Program-made: the position numbers and the translations under genes
Part shown: positions 28,977-38,068 of the stretch, piece by piece
How positions within the stretch are numbered: the stretch's first letter is position 1
How the letters are laid out: every line of letters starts with the position of its first letter
Notes under the pieces: model-generated
Databases searched by the model: none
The model's input: the letters and a program-made list of their open reading frames with translations, nothing else
What the model was told of the DNA's origin: nothing
IMG/VR virus record: IMGVR_UViG_3300047444_000783
Location: 32,001 to 96,000 of that record
DNA: 64,000 nucleotides
Strand: one strand, 5' to 3'
From: a virus

Positions 28977-29903
28977 TCAGGCTGGAAATTGTTGCACCTG
29001 CAAATCGGCTGGCCACTCGGACGGATCGCCGCCATTCTTATCTTCAAGCGAGACCAGCCGGTAGCAATTCGGTGCGAATTCCATGGGCCGGGACCCTAGT
29101 TGTTTAACAAATACCGGGACGCCGGCCGCACGACACTGACGGACGATCGAGCGCGCCCACCCGATATCAAATACCCGTGCGCCTGGACCACTCTCGCCGC
29201 CGACGATCACCCATCCGATCGCATTGTCGCTCTTGTCGGAGACCATGCAGCTAGTGTCCTCCGAGCACCATTCGCCGCGTAGCGCGTCCATCGAATGGCC
29301 CATGATCTCGAAGTTCGTGAAATCGACCGGGCCGAGCGCCGGTTCGTAACTGACGAATCGGACGGCCGCAGGCGTCTGTATCAGACTCGGGATACGCTCG
29401 TTCGCCGTCTTCTGGTCTTCGACGGACGTTCCCAACCAGACGTTCGGCAGATCCGCGCCATAGCCTTCACGCAGTGTGAGGCCGTCGAGCATCCATTCCT
29501 GCAGGATCGCCGCCATTCGCTGTGGCCGTTTCGTCAACACCTGAAACGTATGCCAGTGGGCGCGCGCCATCACGGAAAAGACCGCGCGGATGAAATCCTC
29601 CGGCACGTCCTTATGAAACAGATCCGACTGGCTGTTGACGAAGATGCGCCGCGGCTTCTTCCAATGCAGCGGGATCTCCAGTCGATCCTCGAGGGTCCGG
29701 ACGGCGCCCGTCCAGTTCAGCCGTCCGTTCAGGCTATAGACTAATCCGGAGTACGCACGGTTGACCTTCTCGTTCGGATTGTGGCCCATCCGCCAGCCGT
29801 CGCGGATCGCGTAGCAGTTATCGCAACCGGCGCTCACCTTCTGACAGCCGACGACCGGGTTCCAAGTCGCTGAAGTCCATGAAATATTGGAATGCTCAGA
29901 CAT
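28977..29903 (-). CDS. DUF5131 / phage Gp37-Gp68 family radical-SAM-like protein
   Basis: ISWT.ATWNPVVGCQKVSAGCDNCYA, IFVNSQSDLFH, FQVLTKRP, WVIVGGESG, VFVKQLG. Confidence 0.92.
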   Translation of the reverse strand: MSEHSNISWTSATWNPVVGCQKVSAGCDNCYAIRDGWRMGHNPNEKVNRAYSGLVYSLNGRLNWTGAVRTLEDRLEIPLHWKKPRRIFVNSQSDLFHKDVPEDFIRAVFSVMARAHWHTFQVLTKRPQRMAAILQEWMLDGLTLREGYGADLPNVWLGTSVEDQKTANERIPSLIQTPAAVRFVSYEPALGPVDFTNFEIMGHSMDALRGEWCSEDTSCMVSDKSDNAIGWVIVGGESGPGARVFDIGWARSIVRQCRAAGVPVFVKQLGSRPMEFAPNCYRLVSLEDKNGGDPSEWPADLQVQQFPA

Positions 29904-30311
29904 TTATCTTAAGAACTCCTCCTCAACTTCATCGCCTTCATTCGTCACGGTCTCCGGGAGTTGGTACCCATCCGGCAGGCTGAGCAGCATCAGCGGCCGA
30001 GCATACATCCCCTCGACGGCGGCTTTCATCGCCTCTTCGGTGCACGGGTGGAGGCGGAAGACCGCGCCAGGGCCAACGTACTCGGAGCGCGCTTCCGTTT
30101 TCGGTCGGCGCACCTTCGAACCTTTCGGCCGCCAAACATGGTCCACATACTGTGGTTCCGGTAATTCGTATTCGCGCTCCGGAAGTTCCGGCGTATCGAC
30201 TCGGAACAGGCAGGCGGTGCCGAACGTCTCCGTCGTCACGTAGCCGGCCGCTTTCGAATGTCCATAAATCTCCACGATCGCGAAGCCTTTAAAACTCGAC
30301 TGTTCGTCCAT
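29904..30311 (-). CDS. Hypothetical phage protein (135 aa)
   Basis: SD GGAGG before ATG 30311; AIVEIYGH...AGYV pattern. Confidence 0.7.
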   Translation of the reverse strand: MDEQSSFKGFAIVEIYGHSKAAGYVTTETFGTACLFRVDTPELPEREYELPEPQYVDHVWRPKGSKVRRPKTEARSEYVGPGAVFRLHPCTEEAMKAAVEGMYARPLMLLSLPDGYQLPETVTNEGDEVEEEFLR

Positions 30312-30319
30312 CGGTCCTC

Positions 30320-30754
30320 CTAGTAAGTCTCCACCCATTTCAACTCTCGCTGCATGTATTCAGGCCTGTCCGGTACCGGTTCGAACTCCAGATCGAGCGC
30401 GATCGCCTTCGCCGCATCGTTATCCACCTGAATGACGATTAGCCGGTACCGGTTACGGATTGCCAGATCGACGGCGAAGCGACTCATGAATCGTCCGATG
30501 CCGAGGCCGCGACGGTCGGGCTTCACGCAGACGTAGGCGGTGACACAGTTCTTATCGATCTCGATCAGCGTGCCGTATGCAATGGCGCCCTGATCGATCC
30601 GGGCCACCCATTCGCTTATGTGCTCCAACCACCAAGAGTCAGTCTCGCCAATCGAGGCCATGATCTCTCTACGTTCTATCGTCTCCAGTAGCCGGTCGGT
30701 CACAACCACCAGATCGTTCTCGATCTGCATGGTCCCCAACTGTCGGCCGGTCAT
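30320..30754 (-). CDS. GNAT N-acetyltransferase (144 aa)
   Basis: VCVKPDRRGLGIG acetyl-CoA motif A; DN..A...LEF. Confidence 0.8.
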   Translation of the reverse strand: MTGRQLGTMQIENDLVVVTDRLLETIERREIMASIGETDSWWLEHISEWVARIDQGAIAYGTLIEIDKNCVTAYVCVKPDRRGLGIGRFMSRFAVDLAIRNRYRLIVIQVDNDAAKAIALDLEFEPVPDRPEYMQRELKWVETY

Positions 30755-31260
30755 GCGGGCCTCCTCGCAATGATGATTGCGCACACGTGTAGCCGCCGCT
30801 TCTCCAGGATCTCGAGGCCGAGGAGTTCCAGTACGTATGCCAGTTCGTCCATGTCGAATACCTGATAATGATGGTCCAAGGTGTTTGTTGATTCGCCGAA
30901 GAGTACACGGTTTAACGTTCGGAAGTCGATATCGCGGGCGCAGTAGCGGTCGATAATCGCGTGGATATCCGGCACCTGGATCCGGATTCGCCCGCCAGGC
31001 GCAAGGTATTTAATCCACAGCTTAAGCGCGTCATGCCATCGAGTCAGGGCGCTCTCCCGATACGGAACGTGCTCCAGAATGTCGTTCGCTTCAATCTCAT
31101 CGACGGTCCCGAACTCGACGCCCGGGAATGGGAACTCAACACTCCCGACGATATCAGGATGGACGTCCGCGTCGTAATCAACGTTAATCCAGCGGATGGA
31201 TGCGGTTGTCGGCCGGACGTCCCGCCCGCAGCCAAGATTGAGGCCAAGTTTTTGACTCAT
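30751..31260 (-). CDS. Class I SAM methyltransferase (169 aa)
   Basis: LNLGCG, WINVD, ILEH, LAPGGRIRIQVPD. Confidence 0.88.
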   Translation of the reverse strand: MSQKLGLNLGCGRDVRPTTASIRWINVDYDADVHPDIVGSVEFPFPGVEFGTVDEIEANDILEHVPYRESALTRWHDALKLWIKYLAPGGRIRIQVPDIHAIIDRYCARDIDFRTLNRVLFGESTNTLDHHYQVFDMDELAYVLELLGLEILEKRRLHVCAIIIARRPA

Positions 31261-31463
31261 CGGGATTGCCTTCCGTATTTAAACGCCGGCGGCCCGGTCG
31301 CGATCGTTCGCCCGGAGTCCGTGTTGCCGAGGTCCGCTTCTCGCGGCTTCTTCTTGCGCCCACGCGTTTCAGGCTTGCCTTTTTCTTTGCGGTCCAGAAT
31401 TCTGGAGAACGCGCCTTCAAAGCCGACGCTACGCTTCATGCTTAAACCAACCTTACGTTTCAT
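31257..31463 (-). CDS. Small basic hypothetical protein (68 aa)
   Basis: Exactly bridges its neighbours with ATGA overlaps; Lys/Arg-rich. Confidence 0.5.
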   Translation of the reverse strand: MKRKVGLSMKRSVGFEGAFSRILDRKEKGKPETRGRKKKPREADLGNTDSGRTIATGPPAFKYGRQSR

Positions 31464-32956
31464 ACGTTTTTCAACTTCCAGTCAATGCGCGCGAAATCTT
31501 CCTCGAGGAAGAGAATGCGTCCGCCCGGGCGGAGCACGCGCTTCAACTCCGCCTCCACCTTATTTAAGATCGCGGCAAACGAGGACAGGCAGGCGATCGC
31601 GACCACGAGGTCAAACGCCCCATCTTGGAACGGCAGCGATGTGGCATGCGCTACCAGGAATTCGAGGTCGGGTAGCGATTCACGCGCCTTATCCACCAAC
31701 TCTGGTATAAAGTCGGTACCGATGTAGCTTTTCGCAAGACGTGAAATCGGCCAACTCATTCGCCCCCATCCGCAGCCAACCTCAAGCACGTCCTTATCCC
31801 GCGCGTGCTCCTGCAGGATCGACATATGCTCTGCCGTGAATTCGTTGATCCGCGCCTGCGGGGTCGTCAGGAACGTCGACGCGTGAGCGCCGTGCTGCTT
31901 CACCCGCGTAGACCAGAACTCGAATGTCGATCTGGCCTCCAGGCCGGAGGCCTCGGTCCAGACGGATGGCGGCAAACCTTCCTCGCCGTACATGATCGGA
32001 TCGCGAATCAGATCGCGGAAAGGCTTCGGCATGCACGATTGCTCAGATCCTAATGTGAATATCGGCTGGTAATGCTGCCTCATGAAAGTATTGATCGCGT
32101 CCAAGCTAAGACCTTTCTTCGGCAACTGCTCGAGTCCGCCGTGATTCTGCACGTACTTACGTACGCCGTCGATTCCGCCGACCGACTCCCACCAGGCGTT
32201 CCCCTCGTCGCGTACTTTCTTGACCTCCGCGTCGTACTCCGGGTAGTCGTTCGACAGCACCTGATCTTCCTTCAGATTGAGCAACTTCACCGGAACCTTC
32301 GAATACATCGCGAATCGCCAGTCCGAGTACGCCGAGGCTTCCTGAATGTAGGCGCCCCATCCAGAGATCAAGCACCGGTCATCCGGCCCGGCACCGGGCG
32401 CACGCGGGAACTTCTCGAATAGCAGGCCGCGTTCTCTTATCATGGCCATGTTAATCAGGACTCCGGTGCCGAGGCAGGCCGGGTTGAAGTAGAGCGTATG
32501 CTCACCGAACGGATACTTTGGCATCGCCGCGTACCAATCCACAGCCTTTAGCCCGGGAGGGCGCAGGCAAGTGCCACTCACTGCGCCGATTGGGTTATAT
32601 TTGCCCATCGTGCTTGTCATCACGTCCATCAGGTCCGCCAGCCAGTTATCCGGCAGGATCGTATCGTTATCACATTTGACAACATACGGAGCGCCCGCAT
32701 GCCTACGGAAGAACCAGTTCATGGCTGGAGCGAGGCCGACGTTTTTCGGACTAAAGTGGATATGCGGGCCTATCGCATTCCGCTGTTGACGCCAGGAGAT
32801 TTCCTCCTTTAGCCACTCGACTGTCCCGTCGGTAGATCCGTTGTCCCAGATCACCAATTCGATCGGCAGGCCCGGGCTGTAGCAGATAGATTCAAGCGCC
32901 TGCTTCGAGTACTCCAGCCGGTTGTAAGTCACAAACAGAACCGGTATCGGATTCAT
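31460..32956 (-). CDS. GT2 glycosyltransferase - SAM methyltransferase fusion
   Basis: N-term VTYNRL, WDNGSTDGT, KCDND; C-term VLEVGCGWG, LPFQDGAFD, RVLRPGG. Confidence 0.9.
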   Translation of the reverse strand: MNPIPVLFVTYNRLEYSKQALESICYSPGLPIELVIWDNGSTDGTVEWLKEEISWRQQRNAIGPHIHFSPKNVGLAPAMNWFFRRHAGAPYVVKCDNDTILPDNWLADLMDVMTSTMGKYNPIGAVSGTCLRPPGLKAVDWYAAMPKYPFGEHTLYFNPACLGTGVLINMAMIRERGLLFEKFPRAPGAGPDDRCLISGWGAYIQEASAYSDWRFAMYSKVPVKLLNLKEDQVLSNDYPEYDAEVKKVRDEGNAWWESVGGIDGVRKYVQNHGGLEQLPKKGLSLDAINTFMRQHYQPIFTLGSEQSCMPKPFRDLIRDPIMYGEEGLPPSVWTEASGLEARSTFEFWSTRVKQHGAHASTFLTTPQARINEFTAEHMSILQEHARDKDVLEVGCGWGRMSWPISRLAKSYIGTDFIPELVDKARESLPDLEFLVAHATSLPFQDGAFDLVVAIACLSSFAAILNKVEAELKRVLRPGGRILFLEEDFARIDWKLKNV

Positions 32957-33942
32957 TCCCACCCCCACACTGTCTGCTTGATCTCTCGCGCCTGGACGGC
33001 CGCGGCCGGAAGATCGTACTGACTGACGCGCTTCATCGCCCGGTCACGGCAATCCTTATAGAAGTCGTCATCCCCCAGGAGTTGGCTAACCAACATGCGG
33101 ATTCCGTCCGGATCGTATAGATCATCCAAATATAGATCAGGAAATAATTCCCGCTGTATATCCAATTCGACGTTCCCGACGCACGGGATCCCGAGCGCCG
33201 CGAATGCAATCTGGTCCCGGCCGGCAGCCGCCGCCGGCATCGGGTGCACGGCAATGTAGGCGCCGGAGATCGCGGCTAGCCATTCATACCAGCCGCTGTG
33301 TGGGATTTCCTTTGCGATCCGCGTGTCGCACAGATACGGCATCTCGCGATTCTGCTCCTCGTAGCCGGTCGACCGGTCGTGATGCCAGAGCGGGTATCCC
33401 ATGCCTTTACAGGCGAGCAGCCCGGTAAGACCGTTCGCACGGCTGTTGTAACTGGATCCGCAGAGGATCGCTCGCTGCTTCTCCGCCGGATCGATCGACA
33501 GCCTGTGCAGTCCACCCAGGTCCAGACAGGTGCGCCACCGTATGGCCGTCCCTTTGCGGCAAAACTGCCCCCATAGCCGAACATCCCGCTCGTTGTGCGT
33601 CAAGAACAGGTGAACCTTGCCAAGTAGTTCGATGAAATCCCTCTGTTCTTCCCACGACCGACCCATCGGCCACGAGGTCTCGGCTTCCTGGAAGAGCACG
33701 ACACGCTTGCCGGCATCGGCTAGACGGTGAGCGACGTCCATCCACCGCGATTCGAAAGACTCTCTGATCTTGAACATTGTGACAAAGATCGCATCGAACT
33801 CCATCAGGCGGTCGTACGCGAGCGGGCTAATATGCTCGGTCGCCCCGAACGCGCGCGCGGCAATCTGATCGTTGCAGTTGGGGCTGCACATCCGATCGAT
33901 CGGGGCGGTCGTCAGGCGGACGCTCGTGCTACACCACTTCAT
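32953..33942 (-). CDS. GT-B-like glycosyltransferase (329 aa)
   Basis: C-terminal AYIAVHPM...GR...AALGIPCVG...LFP donor-binding pattern. Confidence 0.7.
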   Translation of the reverse strand: MKWCSTSVRLTTAPIDRMCSPNCNDQIAARAFGATEHISPLAYDRLMEFDAIFVTMFKIRESFESRWMDVAHRLADAGKRVVLFQEAETSWPMGRSWEEQRDFIELLGKVHLFLTHNERDVRLWGQFCRKGTAIRWRTCLDLGGLHRLSIDPAEKQRAILCGSSYNSRANGLTGLLACKGMGYPLWHHDRSTGYEEQNREMPYLCDTRIAKEIPHSGWYEWLAAISGAYIAVHPMPAAAAGRDQIAFAALGIPCVGNVELDIQRELFPDLYLDDLYDPDGIRMLVSQLLGDDDFYKDCRDRAMKRVSQYDLPAAAVQAREIKQTVWGWE

Positions 33943-34349
33943 GCTTCTCTCTTTGTGAATTTAGCAGACCGCCACATTTCAGCCGCGCTCAGCATCTCGC
34001 CAACGCCGACCTCCTCCGTGGAGTACGAATACGTCAGCTTGACTTTCACGATTCGCGTCTGGACGCACAACGCATGGAACGGCAGTTCTCCGGAACTCGG
34101 TTCGGACATAAACCAGGTGGCCCGCGCAAGCGCGGCCTCGTAGTTGAGCAACTGGAGTTCATCGGCGATACGGCTATAGGTGAGCGTCTTGATGCCGATC
34201 GGACTCTCCGGGAAATAAACTCGACGCCATTGGCCGTCAAGAATCATGCCGCAGTGGACTTCAGGCGAAATGTAACTAGTGCGGGCCTCAACAATATAGA
34301 GATCCTGCGCCCCAGATGCGGCGCCGTAGGTTTTGCCTTCGTTTGTCAT
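33939..34349 (-). CDS. Hypothetical protein (136 aa)
   Basis: Coupled ORF (ATGA overlaps). Confidence 0.65.
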   Translation of the reverse strand: MTNEGKTYGAASGAQDLYIVEARTSYISPEVHCGMILDGQWRRVYFPESPIGIKTLTYSRIADELQLLNYEAALARATWFMSEPSSGELPFHALCVQTRIVKVKLTYSYSTEEVGVGEMLSAAEMWRSAKFTKREA

Positions 34350-34780
34350 AAATCTAAATTCTCCGCATTCGGGTCCGAAATGATTGACTGCATGAGTTCC
34401 TTAACTTCATCAACCGCCTTCAGGCCGGACGTCTCATTGGGCGAGAAGTGAATGATGTACGTGCGATTCTCGCCGGTCACGCCGATCACGAGGATGGTCT
34501 CGACGCCGAGCGTCGGGCCGAGCATGCCCTTCAGGAGCGCCCCCAGCGCGTCCCGGTCGGCCTCGAGCGCGAGGTCCAAGGCGGGCCGCGGTTCAATCAG
34601 CCGGTTCATCGCCGTGTCGATCGACTCGTCCCGCTTCTTCATATCCATCGCCTGCAGGATGTACGACATCATCAGGAATCCGCCGGGAATCAACTGGGGC
34701 TTATCCTTGTGATAGTCGTTGATGAACTGGTGGCCCGCGTTGTTCAGGACAATCGCGAGTTCGGGCATCGTCAGAATCAT
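34346..34780 (-). CDS. Hypothetical protein (144 aa)
   Basis: Coupled ORF, good codon usage. Confidence 0.7.
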   Translation of the reverse strand: MILTMPELAIVLNNAGHQFINDYHKDKPQLIPGGFLMMSYILQAMDMKKRDESIDTAMNRLIEPRPALDLALEADRDALGALLKGMLGPTLGVETILVIGVTGENRTYIIHFSPNETSGLKAVDEVKELMQSIISDPNAENLDL

Positions 34781-35040
34781 TCAACTACCCAGCCGAGCGA
34801 GAGTCGTTCCCTTAATCGAGGCAGGTTTATGGGAATGCACCGAGTCTCCTCGATTTCCATCCGATGGAGTTTCGCCAGACAGATAAACGGCTCGCCCCAG
34901 GCGTTTGACACCATTCCGACTGGACATAGATGCTGCGCACATACGCGCAAGTCAAATTCGCTCGCGATCTCGCCGGTCGGTGGACTAACGGTTCTCTTTG
35001 GCATGCGCCGCTCCGCCCATTCCACTTGGTCTGGATTCAT
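34777..35040 (-). CDS. Hypothetical protein (87 aa)
   Basis: Coupled ORF. Confidence 0.6.
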   Translation of the reverse strand: MNPDQVEWAERRMPKRTVSPPTGEIASEFDLRVCAQHLCPVGMVSNAWGEPFICLAKLHRMEIEETRCIPINLPRLRERLSLGWVVE

Positions 35041-35963
35041 AACTTCTCCAACTCTTCGGTCATCCGCTGGATTCGCCGATCGTACGTATGCTCCCGATGG
35101 ACCAGCCGCTGTCCCTCGACCGCGATCGCGCGGCGCTCGGCCTCGCGCGGGAGGTAGTACTCGATCAGCTTATGCAGCCCCTCAAAGTCGTGCCACCATA
35201 CAAGATGTCGGTGATTCTCGAATTCATTCTCGAGGCCTGGCACGTACGCCGCCAGGAAGAATCCGCCGCACGCGAGCGTCAGATACACGCGGTCCGACCA
35301 GTAGCCAGGGACATTGTTGACGAAGTTATCGCCGATCACGATCTTGGACAGGTGGCAGACGGCCGCGAACTCGTTACCCCATAACTGGTGCCCAGGTTCG
35401 CCCCACTTCCGGAAGCCCTTATATCGTGCAAGTTCGTCGAACAGGCTTTGCCGGCGCTGCGTGTACGAACTCCCGATGAACGCCAGATCGACGCCGTATG
35501 TCGACAGACCGTAGCGTATCGGCCTGAAGTCCGCCCGCGGGAGACCGTGCAGGCCCGGCACACACCCCTGGTGGAGTTCGACGCGGTTGATCCCGTGGAA
35601 CGCATAGAACTTGTCGGCGTCCGTACCGTCCGTCTGAAAGGAGATATCGGCCTCGGTCGCCAGCGGCATGAACCATTCCCAGTTCTGCGGGTGCGCCATC
35701 CAGTCGAACGACCAGAGGGCGACCTTCATTCGCGTGTGCGCGCGCAGGCTTCGTAGATTTTCAGGTTGGACTTCCGGGGCCTTGGAGATCAGGAGATAGT
35801 CGGCACCGTACTTGTTCGCGATCTCGATGACCGGCTCTTCCTTGAACTCCCGGCGCCGCTGGATCCGCAGGCAGTGATGCCCATTGCGATCCAGCGCATC
35901 GGCGATCCAGTTTTCACAGTAGCCGAAATGTTGGAAGTCGCCATAATAAAGGAAGGTCGCCAT
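35037..35963 (-). CDS. CgeB-like GT-B glycosyltransferase (308 aa)
   Basis: DLAFIGS.Y..R, SKIVIG, YWSDRVYLTLACGGF, YYL...ER..IA..G...V...HTY..R. Confidence 0.88.
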   Translation of the reverse strand: MATFLYYGDFQHFGYCENWIADALDRNGHHCLRIQRRREFKEEPVIEIANKYGADYLLISKAPEVQPENLRSLRAHTRMKVALWSFDWMAHPQNWEWFMPLATEADISFQTDGTDADKFYAFHGINRVELHQGCVPGLHGLPRADFRPIRYGLSTYGVDLAFIGSSYTQRRQSLFDELARYKGFRKWGEPGHQLWGNEFAAVCHLSKIVIGDNFVNNVPGYWSDRVYLTLACGGFFLAAYVPGLENEFENHRHLVWWHDFEGLHKLIEYYLPREAERRAIAVEGQRLVHREHTYDRRIQRMTEELEKL

Positions 35964-35972
35964 CGAGCAATG

Positions 35973-36015
35973 GTTTTACGCGAAACCTATCGTAGAGTCA
36001 ATTTAATTTCTTAAA
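35973..36015 (-). promoter_or_regulatory. Candidate sigma70-type promoter for the glycan cluster (near-leaderless)
   Basis: AT-rich UP tract, TTGACT (36001-35996), 17 nt, TAAAAC (35978-35973), 9 nt, then ATG; no SD. Confidence 0.5.
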
Positions 36016-36032
36016 GCAGAATAAACGGGCGA

Positions 36033-36071
36033 GAAAATAGCCAGCGGTCGCGTTCTCACCTACCGCTGGCT
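36033..36071 (-). terminator. Intrinsic terminator ending the capsid operon
   Basis: 10-bp stem AGCCAGCGGT/ACCGCTGGCT followed by ATTTTCT. Confidence 0.7.
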
Positions 36072-36075
36072 GTCT

Positions 36076-36321
36076 TTAGTGGTTGTCTGCGTAGACGACG
36101 AGATTGCCGGTTAACGTACCACCGCTCTGAAGGGTAATCGTCTTTCCTGAGATCGTCACCCCTGACGATGCGTTGGTCGTTGGCGTGAATTCCGCGTTGA
36201 TAACCGCCGCGTATTCACTCACGAACGTATCACCATTGCCCCATGTCACGTTCGTAATCTCGATCGCCGTACGACCGAAAACGTCGACATACCGGTCCGC
36301 ATTTTCGACTGCTGCTGGCAT
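36076..36321 (-). CDS. Small virion protein (81 aa)
   Basis: Strong SD AAGGAG, beta-rich, follows capsid genes. Confidence 0.7.
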   Translation of the reverse strand: MPAAVENADRYVDVFGRTAIEITNVTWGNGDTFVSEYAAVINAEFTPTTNASSGVTISGKTITLQSGGTLTGNLVVYADNH

Positions 36322-36379
36322 AGATTGTTCTCCTTTCTTTTAAGAGTGTAAGAGCGGCCCGGTTGCCCGGGCCGGATTC

Positions 36380-36940
36380 TTACCAATCCATGTTCATTAA
36401 CAGCGCCGGGACCTGACCGGCGACACACGCACCGACGACGCGAGCCGCCGGAACGTTCGTGACCGTCGATCCGTCCGCGATAACGGCGAACTGGTTGTCC
36501 GTCGTCGACCCGATCAGGATGTTCGACTGGGCCGTGACGCCGGTACCGACGCACTGCGCGACTCCGCCTACCTGAACCCACGTATAGAACGCGACGAGCG
36601 GTAGCGTGATCGTGAACGGACCCATGACGCCCTGAACCTGCAGGGAACTCGTCGCACCCGTACCATCGTAGTCGGTTGCGAGAGTGATGACCGGCACGGT
36701 CGTGCCCGGTACTCCGCCTGGCGTAAACGTCAGTGCGTACAGCGGGGCGCCTGCGACAGGAACGACCGTCACGTCGATTTTCACGTACCGGATGACGATG
36801 TTTCCGTAGCGGACTTTACCGCCGATTGGGTTCTTCGGCGTCAGGTCGGCCTGGTTGTACCAACCCAATGGGCTGATCTGCGGCTGGGCAATCGCAATAT
36901 TGCCGTACGTTCCGCCGGGGACTAGACTTGGCTGTGTCAT
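36380..36940 (-). CDS. Capsid decoration/cement-like protein (186 aa)
   Basis: Directly after MCP; RYVK and YTWVQVGG motifs; SD GGGGAGG. Confidence 0.65.
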   Translation of the reverse strand: MTQPSLVPGGTYGNIAIAQPQISPLGWYNQADLTPKNPIGGKVRYGNIVIRYVKIDVTVVPVAGAPLYALTFTPGGVPGTTVPVITLATDYDGTGATSSLQVQGVMGPFTITLPLVAFYTWVQVGGVAQCVGTGVTAQSNILIGSTTDNQFAVIADGSTVTNVPAARVVGACVAGQVPALLMNMDW

Positions 36941-36955
36941 TGTTTTATCCTCCCC

Positions 36956-37942
36956 TTAGCTCAGCGTTGGGATGTTGGTAAGACGGAAGTTGTACCGTGG
37001 GTTCGCCACGATAATATTTCCGGCCCAGAGGTACTGACCACTTCGGTCATCCGAATTGTAGATTTCCTTGAAGCCGGTGAACCCAAACTGGTACCGCTTC
37101 AGGGTCGAAGTGAAGAACATCAGGTTCTCCTGCTTCGTGTTCATTCCGTACATGCTGCCGGCAGGGGAATACTGGTCGACAACAACCTGGGCGCCAATGA
37201 AATTGAACGAGCGGAAGCCGGCTTTCGCCACATCCGAGGACTCCTCGTTGAACCGCTGCATCGGCTGCAGTTTGTTGAAGAACCAGTTCCACGAGTTCTG
37301 ATCCGATACCAGCATGTCCACATGCTGCACACCGAACCAGCAACTACCCATCGCGAGTTCGACCGCCTTCAGGGAGAAGCCGCTCGAGAGCGATGCTACG
37401 TATCCGTTGGCACCCTGGTTGTTCGTGCCGTTCGATACGCCGAGGTCCGTGCGGGTGATACCGCCGACCGTCGTGAAGAGGGATCCGTTGTCGAACCACT
37501 GATTGAAGCCGTCGACGGATTTCGTGCTGCTGCTCGTACCGAGACCGTCCAAATACATGTCGGTCGCGATCAGCTTCGCCATCTTGCCAGCCGCGTTGGC
37601 CAATTTGCTGCCAACGAACGGGACGGCCTGCATCGGTCCGCGTGCCAGAACGTCGTCCGTGCCGTAGAGCGACACGTTGACGTAATAGAACTTCGGATCG
37701 ACAGCGAATGCTGTGTCAGTCTGAACGTAATCCGTATTGAAGGTTTCCCCGCGTCCGAACGGTCCGCCGTTCAACTCCGCGTAGCCGATGTTCTGGCGAA
37801 TTTTGATGCCACCATCGAACTGCTGGCCGTTGTTCGTGCGAATACGAACGAAGACGGGAGAACTCTTGTATACGACGTCCGCTACAGTGGGGATGATTTT
37901 GTCCTGAACTTTTCCGTTCAAGTCTTCCCACGTTAACGCCAT
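36956..37942 (-). CDS. Major capsid protein (328 aa)
   Basis: IIPTVADVVYKSSP...GG..I...I.Y podoviral-type MCP pattern, MYLDG.G; strong SD AAGGAG; follows the scaffold gene. Confidence 0.85.
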   Translation of the reverse strand: MALTWEDLNGKVQDKIIPTVADVVYKSSPVFVRIRTNNGQQFDGGIKIRQNIGYAELNGGPFGRGETFNTDYVQTDTAFAVDPKFYYVNVSLYGTDDVLARGPMQAVPFVGSKLANAAGKMAKLIATDMYLDGLGTSSSTKSVDGFNQWFDNGSLFTTVGGITRTDLGVSNGTNNQGANGYVASLSSGFSLKAVELAMGSCWFGVQHVDMLVSDQNSWNWFFNKLQPMQRFNEESSDVAKAGFRSFNFIGAQVVVDQYSPAGSMYGMNTKQENLMFFTSTLKRYQFGFTGFKEIYNSDDRSGQYLWAGNIIVANPRYNFRLTNIPTLS

Positions 37943-38068
37943 AACTTAGTCTCCTTTGAAAAATTTGGGTCTGTCCATGTGACCACTGTCGCTAAATCGA
38001 CGGTCTGACTGACCTTCCGGGCTGGCCGGCCTCGGTTACGGTCGCAAACTAAGTCGTGGCGTTGGTCG

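Noticed and set aside
38005-38030. CAGCCCGGAAGG as SRP RNA domain IV
   Set aside because: Only a partial match; it lacks the downstream AGCAG and the long SRP stem.
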